Positions 26,356 to 31,331 of a stretch of 31,331 nucleotides of DNA are shown here, piece by piece. Numbering within the stretch: the stretch's first letter is position 1; every line of letters begins with the position of its first letter. The position numbers were made by a program, and so were the translations under genes. The stretch is from an uncultured Thermoplasmatales archaeon (GTDB lineage: Archaea > Thermoplasmatota > E2 > DHVEG-1), in contig CAYGVY010000001.1 of assembly GCA_964353435.1 (NCBI GenBank), forward strand, positions 1 through 31,331. Reading direction: 5' to 3'. A model generated the notes under the pieces. It did not search any database. It saw nothing but the letters and a program-made list of their open reading frames with translations, and was not told where the DNA came from.

Positions 26356-28826
26356 GGTTCATTCTTTATTTTTTTCATGACATCTGCAGGGTTATCCGCA
26401 TACTGGGCGACCACAGTAGCGACTTTCTTGAACTCTCGGATATTGTTCTTGTTCATCCAATCCAACAATGTCGTTCGATTCTTGATTTCACCAATCATGC
26501 CTTCTCGACTGATGTCTTTTTCTGCTCTGATGCGTTCTAAAATGTAACTTTTCCCGGAGTAAATGAATTTATCTTCAATCGGATCCCAATGAAAAACTTC
26601 ATTGGTGAGAATCTCCTTTGTCGTCGGGTCGATATCAATGATTTCTATAATCTGTTTGCATCGTCGTGCTCTTTTATTTTTTACACGAGAGATGACTTGG
26701 ATGCAGACGATATCTAATGTCTGCAACATGATACGTGGGATTTCAATCGGTTTGCCCTCCAATCGATGGATGAGAGATTGAGCAGAGTCGGCATGAACCG
26801 TCGAATACGTTGTATGTCCCGTGGCCATCGCCTGGAACAACACGTACGCCTCTTTTCCACGAATTTCTCCGACAAGGATATACTCAGGTCGCTGTCTGAG
26901 CGCAGCCTTCATCAAATCATATAAGTCAATTTCACCGATGACTTTATTTCCGACAACGTCACCGAACCCAGATCGAACGACACCAGGAATCCAGTTTGGA
27001 TGCGGCAAATTGATTTCTCGGGTTTCTTCAATAGAAACTATCTTTGACTCACGTGGAATGAATAAGCAAAGTGCATTCAATGTCGATGTTTTTCCTGCGG
27101 CAGTCCCACCAGCAATGAGCGCGTTCACACCGTTTTCAACTGCAAGCCACATGTACGCAACCATTTCAGATGACATGGTATGGAACTCAATAAGATCTGG
27201 TGGTGAAAATGGATCTTCACTGAATTTCCGGATGGTAAAAGTCGATCCTTTTGTCGTGACTTCTGTACTCATCGTCATCTGAATACGAGACCCATCAGGC
27301 ATAGTCGCATCCAACATGGGCTCTGATATCGAGATATGTTTACCGCATTTCTGCGCAAGCTTCACTACAAACGCAGTAAGCTGGTCTTCATCGTCGAACT
27401 GTATGTTACTTTTTAAGGAACCGTATCGACGGTGATATAAGAACAGGAAAACGCCAGAGCCATCGCAGGAGATATCCTCGATATTCGGGTCTTTCATGAG
27501 AACTTCAAGTTTTCCAAGCCCAATCGATTCTTTTTTAAGATAATACAATATTTTTTTCTTCGTTAGTGTATCGATATTGAGCATGTATTCATCAATGATT
27601 AAATCGACTTTTTCTGTAAGATATTTATCTCCACCTTTTACTTCAAGATCCACAGTATTAAATGCAAACCCTTCAAGTGTCTCTTGTACGAATTTAAGGA
27701 GGTGTTTCTCTTCTTCCGCTAAACCCATCTCAAGAAGGACGTATCGCTTATCTAGGGACTCTTTTTCGCGGATAATTTCCACATAAGCAAAAGGTTCTTG
27801 TAAAGGATAGAAATCAATTTCTTCAATTCCATCTGTCGAGTATCCCATACGCTCCAAGGTAACGGTCTTAAGTGTGTTTGCCTCATTGGGGAATTGAATA
27901 ATACCATCCGGGGTGATTTCGTCTAATTTAATTTTTTTAGGATCCGGAGCTTGACCAGGTGTATCAAATGCTGATTTTTGAAACAGACCTTCTATTCGTG
28001 TTATTTCGTTCAAGGCGGCATTCTTTGCATCATCGTCTAACATTACTACTTCAACTTTCTGAGAGGCCGCCGTCCCTGGTTTTGACTCATCTGTTCCAGT
28101 TTTAACTGCTTTTATCTTTTGATCAAGCCATGTTGCTTCATCGGGTTTGACTTGTGCGATTGATTCTTCAAACTGAGGAAGCTCATCCTTGGTTTTAGTT
28201 AGTTTCTTCTTTACAACAGGGTTAAACTCGGCTGTTTCTCCTTCCTTTTTCTTTTTCCTAAACCCGATATGTTTCTTTGTTTTAAGCGGTGCCGGTTTCT
28301 TTTCTTTTTCTACCTGTTTAACCACAGGCGTAGTCTTTTTTCCGCTTTTTTTAGGGGGTTTGGCGACCCTAAAATGAGGATTTTCAGCCTGAGATGGGGA
28401 CCCAAGTATCTTTTGTTTTATACTTGTCATTTTTTGATTAATTGTAGTTCGTGGAGGAAGAGATGTATCTTCTCTTGTGTTTTTTAAATCTTTTTTAACG
28501 TGTTTTTGACGACTTTCTTCAAAACTTTTAGTTTTGAGCCTAGTGTTTCGTCGAAGGAGGAGTAGGGGATATTTCTTTGCTGATTTAATCTCGTTTTCTT
28601 CTTGTTCCTCACGCTTGGTCTTTTTCTTACTGTTGATAAAAAATAGCGAGGGTTGCTTACGGTTGACCTGTGGAGGACTTTTCGATAGCGCTTTCGATTC
28701 CTTTTCGCTGCCGAGAACCTCTGAATGAGCATTTAAAATTTCGTCTACTTTTTTCTCTATTTCTGAATCGTCATCTGATTGTGAAGAACGAAGGGGCACT
28801 TTTTTACGAGTATTCTGTCTTTCCAC
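26352..28826 (-). CDS. Type IV pilus/secretion ATPase 1 with long Lys-rich N-terminal extension
   Basis: Walker A GGTAAGKTS, Walker B ILVGEIRG, His box; GTG start with GGAGG RBS; 4-nt overlap with ATPase 2. Confidence 0.95.
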   Translation of the reverse strand: MERQNTRKKVPLRSSQSDDDSEIEKKVDEILNAHSEVLGSEKESKALSKSPPQVNRKQPSLFFINSKKKTKREEQEENEIKSAKKYPLLLLRRNTRLKTKSFEESRQKHVKKDLKNTREDTSLPPRTTINQKMTSIKQKILGSPSQAENPHFRVAKPPKKSGKKTTPVVKQVEKEKKPAPLKTKKHIGFRKKKKEGETAEFNPVVKKKLTKTKDELPQFEESIAQVKPDEATWLDQKIKAVKTGTDESKPGTAASQKVEVVMLDDDAKNAALNEITRIEGLFQKSAFDTPGQAPDPKKIKLDEITPDGIIQFPNEANTLKTVTLERMGYSTDGIEEIDFYPLQEPFAYVEIIREKESLDKRYVLLEMGLAEEEKHLLKFVQETLEGFAFNTVDLEVKGGDKYLTEKVDLIIDEYMLNIDTLTKKKILYYLKKESIGLGKLEVLMKDPNIEDISCDGSGVFLFLYHRRYGSLKSNIQFDDEDQLTAFVVKLAQKCGKHISISEPMLDATMPDGSRIQMTMSTEVTTKGSTFTIRKFSEDPFSPPDLIEFHTMSSEMVAYMWLAVENGVNALIAGGTAAGKTSTLNALCLFIPRESKIVSIEETREINLPHPNWIPGVVRSGFGDVVGNKVIGEIDLYDLMKAALRQRPEYILVGEIRGKEAYVLFQAMATGHTTYSTVHADSAQSLIHRLEGKPIEIPRIMLQTLDIVCIQVISRVKNKRARRCKQIIEIIDIDPTTKEILTNEVFHWDPIEDKFIYSGKSYILERIRAEKDISREGMIGEIKNRTTLLDWMNKNNIREFKKVATVVAQYADNPADVMKKIKNEP
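26734..26933. repeat. 200-nt near-identical tract, copy 2 (ATPase 1)
   Basis: Direct repeat of 25106-25305 at an offset of 1628 nt. Confidence 0.95.
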
Positions 28827-29015
28827 AGTACCCCTCCGTTATTGCTCTCCTACCGATTCCATGCATCCCATCTTCCCATGTATATGTATTCGAAAGAGTA
28901 GTCTAAAGAGAATTAACCTTAACTCTACTTTTCGCGCATCTCATCCAACGAGTTTTTGATATAGATTGTTCGTATTTATAACTTTCTTTAAAATTTATGT
29001 TTCACCAAAAAAAAA

Positions 29016-29213
29016 TCAGTCTCTAGGTTTTTTAAACCAGAGGATTGCTGCTAAAAGACCCAAACCAAACGGCAGGACGATCACATAATAGATAAGATCA
29101 ATTTTTCTGAGGTACACCGTGATGTCATACCCTGAGACATAAAGGACGATGAGCGCCACAATTACTATAGGCACTAGGATACCAACGATTAGTGGCACTG
29201 CTTCTCTGTTCAT
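29016..29213 (-). CDS. Small two-TM membrane protein
   Basis: MNREAVPLIVGILVPIVIVALIVLYV...LIYYVIVLPFGLGLLAAILWF; GAGG RBS before ATG 29213. Confidence 0.7.
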   Translation of the reverse strand: MNREAVPLIVGILVPIVIVALIVLYVSGYDITVYLRKIDLIYYVIVLPFGLGLLAAILWFKKPRD

Positions 29214-29340
29214 TGTCCTCACAACCAGAAGCAGAACAGAAAGTGACTATTTGTAGTTAATGGAAAAATCGTTTTTATATGGGTTGGATGAGAAAAATCT
29301 ATATAAACCTTCATCAGATTCCTGGCTAGAAGGGATTTCT

Positions 29341-30678
29341 GTGACTCAGAAAACAAATGTAATCATCATGGGTGCAGCAGGAAGAGATTTTCATAACTTT
29401 AACGTGTACTTCCGTAACAATACCGCATATAACGTTGCTGCGTTTACTGCGACGCAGATTCCTGATATCGCAGGGCGTAAGTATCCAGCGAAACTCGCAG
29501 GAAAATATTACCCAAAGGGGATCCCGATTTATCCAGAAGAACAAATCACTGAACTAATTAAAAGATATAAAGCTGATCTTATTGTGTTCGCGTATAGTGA
29601 TCTCCCATATGCGTACGTCATGGGCAAATCCGCCATTGTGAATGCAGCTGGCGCTGATTTCATGTTATTAGGTCCAAAGAGTACAATGCTTGTTTCAAAA
29701 AAACCAGTGATTGCAGTCTGCGCAGTAAGAACAGGCTGCGGAAAATCACAAGTCTCAAGGAAGATTTTTGAAATTTTACGGAAGAAAGGGTTAAAGGTTG
29801 CTTCAATCCGTCATCCTATGCCATACGATAAAGATCTGATTACTCAGATATGTCAACGTTTCGCGAGTTATAACGACCTTGACAAGTATAACTGTACGAT
29901 TGAGGAACGAGAGGAATACGAGCCGTACATTGACATGAAAGGAGTCATCTATGCTGGTGTTGATTACGAGAAGATTCTTCGAACCGCGGAAAAAGAAGCG
30001 GACGTTATTATCTGGGATGGAGGAAATAACGATTTTTCGTTTATAAAACCTGATTTACTGATCACGATTGCTGATCCTCACCGTGCAGGCCATGAGCTTA
30101 CGTACTACCCTGGAGAGATGAATGCGCGAAGTGCGAATGTCGTCATTATCAACAAGGTAAACACAGCGCGGAAAGAAGATATCGAAACCGTTCGCACCAA
30201 TATTAAAACCATAAACCCGACCGCACAGATTATCGACGGGGTTTCAGCGGTTCACGCTGAGGATAAAAAAATGATCACGGGGAAGCGTGTCCTTGTGATT
30301 GAAGACGGTCCAACCGTTACCCATGGGGGGATGCGATACGGCGCCGGGACTGTTGCTGCAAAAGAATACGGTGCGAAGACGATTGTAGACCCGCGGCCGT
30401 TTGCAGTTGGCTCGATTATCGACACGTTTGAGAAATACCCGCATCTGATCAACGTTCTTCCTGCGATGGGATACGGAAAAAAACAGATAAAAGAGCTTGA
30501 ACAGTCAATTAACAACACAGATTGTGATGTGGTCATCAGTGGCACACCGATTGATCTTATCAGGATTCTAAAAACCAAGAAACCGGTTGTTCGGATCAGA
30601 TACAGCGTGGGAGATAAAACCGCTCGTGAAATCGAAGCGCTCCTGCTTAGGTTCTTGAAAATAAAGAAATTATTTTAG
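29341..30678 (+). CDS. COG2403 P-loop protein (cyclic 2,3-diphosphoglycerate synthetase-like / candidate arginine synthetase ArcE)
   Basis: VIIMGAAGRDFHNFN, AVRTGCGKSQ P-loop, RHPMPY, TIEEREEYEP, WDGGNND, EDGPT.THGGM, PAMGYG. Start probably GTG 29341. Confidence 0.85.
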   Translation: MTQKTNVIIMGAAGRDFHNFNVYFRNNTAYNVAAFTATQIPDIAGRKYPAKLAGKYYPKGIPIYPEEQITELIKRYKADLIVFAYSDLPYAYVMGKSAIVNAAGADFMLLGPKSTMLVSKKPVIAVCAVRTGCGKSQVSRKIFEILRKKGLKVASIRHPMPYDKDLITQICQRFASYNDLDKYNCTIEEREEYEPYIDMKGVIYAGVDYEKILRTAEKEADVIIWDGGNNDFSFIKPDLLITIADPHRAGHELTYYPGEMNARSANVVIINKVNTARKEDIETVRTNIKTINPTAQIIDGVSAVHAEDKKMITGKRVLVIEDGPTVTHGGMRYGAGTVAAKEYGAKTIVDPRPFAVGSIIDTFEKYPHLINVLPAMGYGKKQIKELEQSINNTDCDVVISGTPIDLIRILKTKKPVVRIRYSVGDKTAREIEALLLRFLKIKKLF

Positions 30679-31331
30679 TTTTTTTCCAAAGAGAACGAAC
30701 TGCGCTAAGAGGGATTCCAGCTGGATGTGGTCGTTGCTTCCTTCGACAAGTCTGAATTCGATCTCACCGGTTTTTTCCATGAGTTGGACTTTGTGTTCAT
30801 CAGGTATCGTAAGGTCAAAGATAGTGCGATGGATTTGTCTAATGATTTCTTCACCGCTCAACCCGTAGGTGATCAGCAAGTCGTACAGCTGATTACGCGC
30901 AGCCATGAAGTTTCCACCTAACGCGGTGTTAATGAGTAATTTAACGTCCTCTGGTCGAGCGGTCGCGGAGGTTTCATAGAGAAGTTCTGCCGTTATTTTT
31001 TTATCCATAGATGCACCGACTTGCAGGACGTTGATTGCCTTTCGCATATCCCCTCTTGCGATAAAAATGAGGGATTCTAGACCATCAGGGGTGATTTCCA
31101 GTTGTTCTTTGGTCGCTATCTTTCTGATGTATTTTTTCACGTCGTCTGCAGTGAGTGGTTTGAACCGGAAGACTGCGCATCGTGACTGGATCGGCTCAAT
31201 GACCTTGGATGAATAGTTCACAGAGAGGATGAATCGACAGATATGAGTATATTTCTCAATGGTTCTTCGGAGGGCTGCTTGTGCTTCTTGGGTGAGGGAG
31301 TCTGCTTCGTCAAGGAAGATGATTTTAAAGG
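30670..31331 (-). CDS. rfcS: Replication factor C small subunit, 3' part; runs off window end
   Basis: Frame extends beyond the ORF-track start: FKIIFLDEADSLTQEAQAALRRTIEKY...RFILSVNYSSKVIEPIQSRC, GDMRKAINVLQ, IEFRLVEG...IQLE. Confidence 0.95.
   Translation of the reverse strand, partial: FKIIFLDEADSLTQEAQAALRRTIEKYTHICRFILSVNYSSKVIEPIQSRCAVFRFKPLTADDVKKYIRKIATKEQLEITPDGLESLIFIARGDMRKAINVLQVGASMDKKITAELLYETSATARPEDVKLLINTALGGNFMAARNQLYDLLITYGLSGEEIIRQIHRTIFDLTIPDEHKVQLMEKTGEIEFRLVEGSNDHIQLESLLAQFVLFGKKLK

Noticed and set aside
25193-27282. Duplicated plus-strand 153-aa ORFs (25193-25654 and 26821-27282)
   Set aside because: Antisense shadows of the two ATPases; their similarity just mirrors the paralogy.
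22802-28826. Archaellum (fla/arl) operon
   Set aside because: ATPases and platform genes are FlaI/FlaJ-like, but there is no FlaH, FlaF/G or archaellin; the substrates have pilin-type N-domains.
30670-31331. Intein in rfcS
   Set aside because: The visible part is collinear with intein-free RFC; the Walker A region lies outside the window.

Overview
Archaeal chromosomal window (S8e, SRP19, proteasome alpha, RFC small subunit, TATA-type promoters). The gene style suggests a sediment Thermoplasmatota lineage such as MBG-D/Thermoprofundales; this is inference. Layout: 1-1.9 kb small metabolic genes (DHH phosphoesterase fragment, ferredoxin, GNAT, DUF2156); 1.9-4.9 kb AT-rich accessory patch with two tandem serine recombinases and an HNH gene carrying an in-frame stop; 4.9-7.5 kb housekeeping genes; a gingipain-type C25 peptidase with an internal insertion; tRNA-Leu(CAG); then an ~18 kb minus-strand type IV pilus-like locus; then a COG2403 P-loop protein and rfcS. 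The pilus locus is the main find. It has two ATPases sharing a 200-nt tract with one mismatch, two TadC/FlaJ-like platform genes, and four class III signal-peptide proteins. Three of these are giant (837, 1285, 1277 aa) pilin-anchored adhesins whose LamG-like domain is split by 7, 14 and 14 tandem ~55-aa repeats, i.e. probably one or two 7-bladed beta-propellers. An unannotated 55-aa AbrB/MazE-like gene follows the locus. All family calls come from motif recognition by eye; no searches were run.
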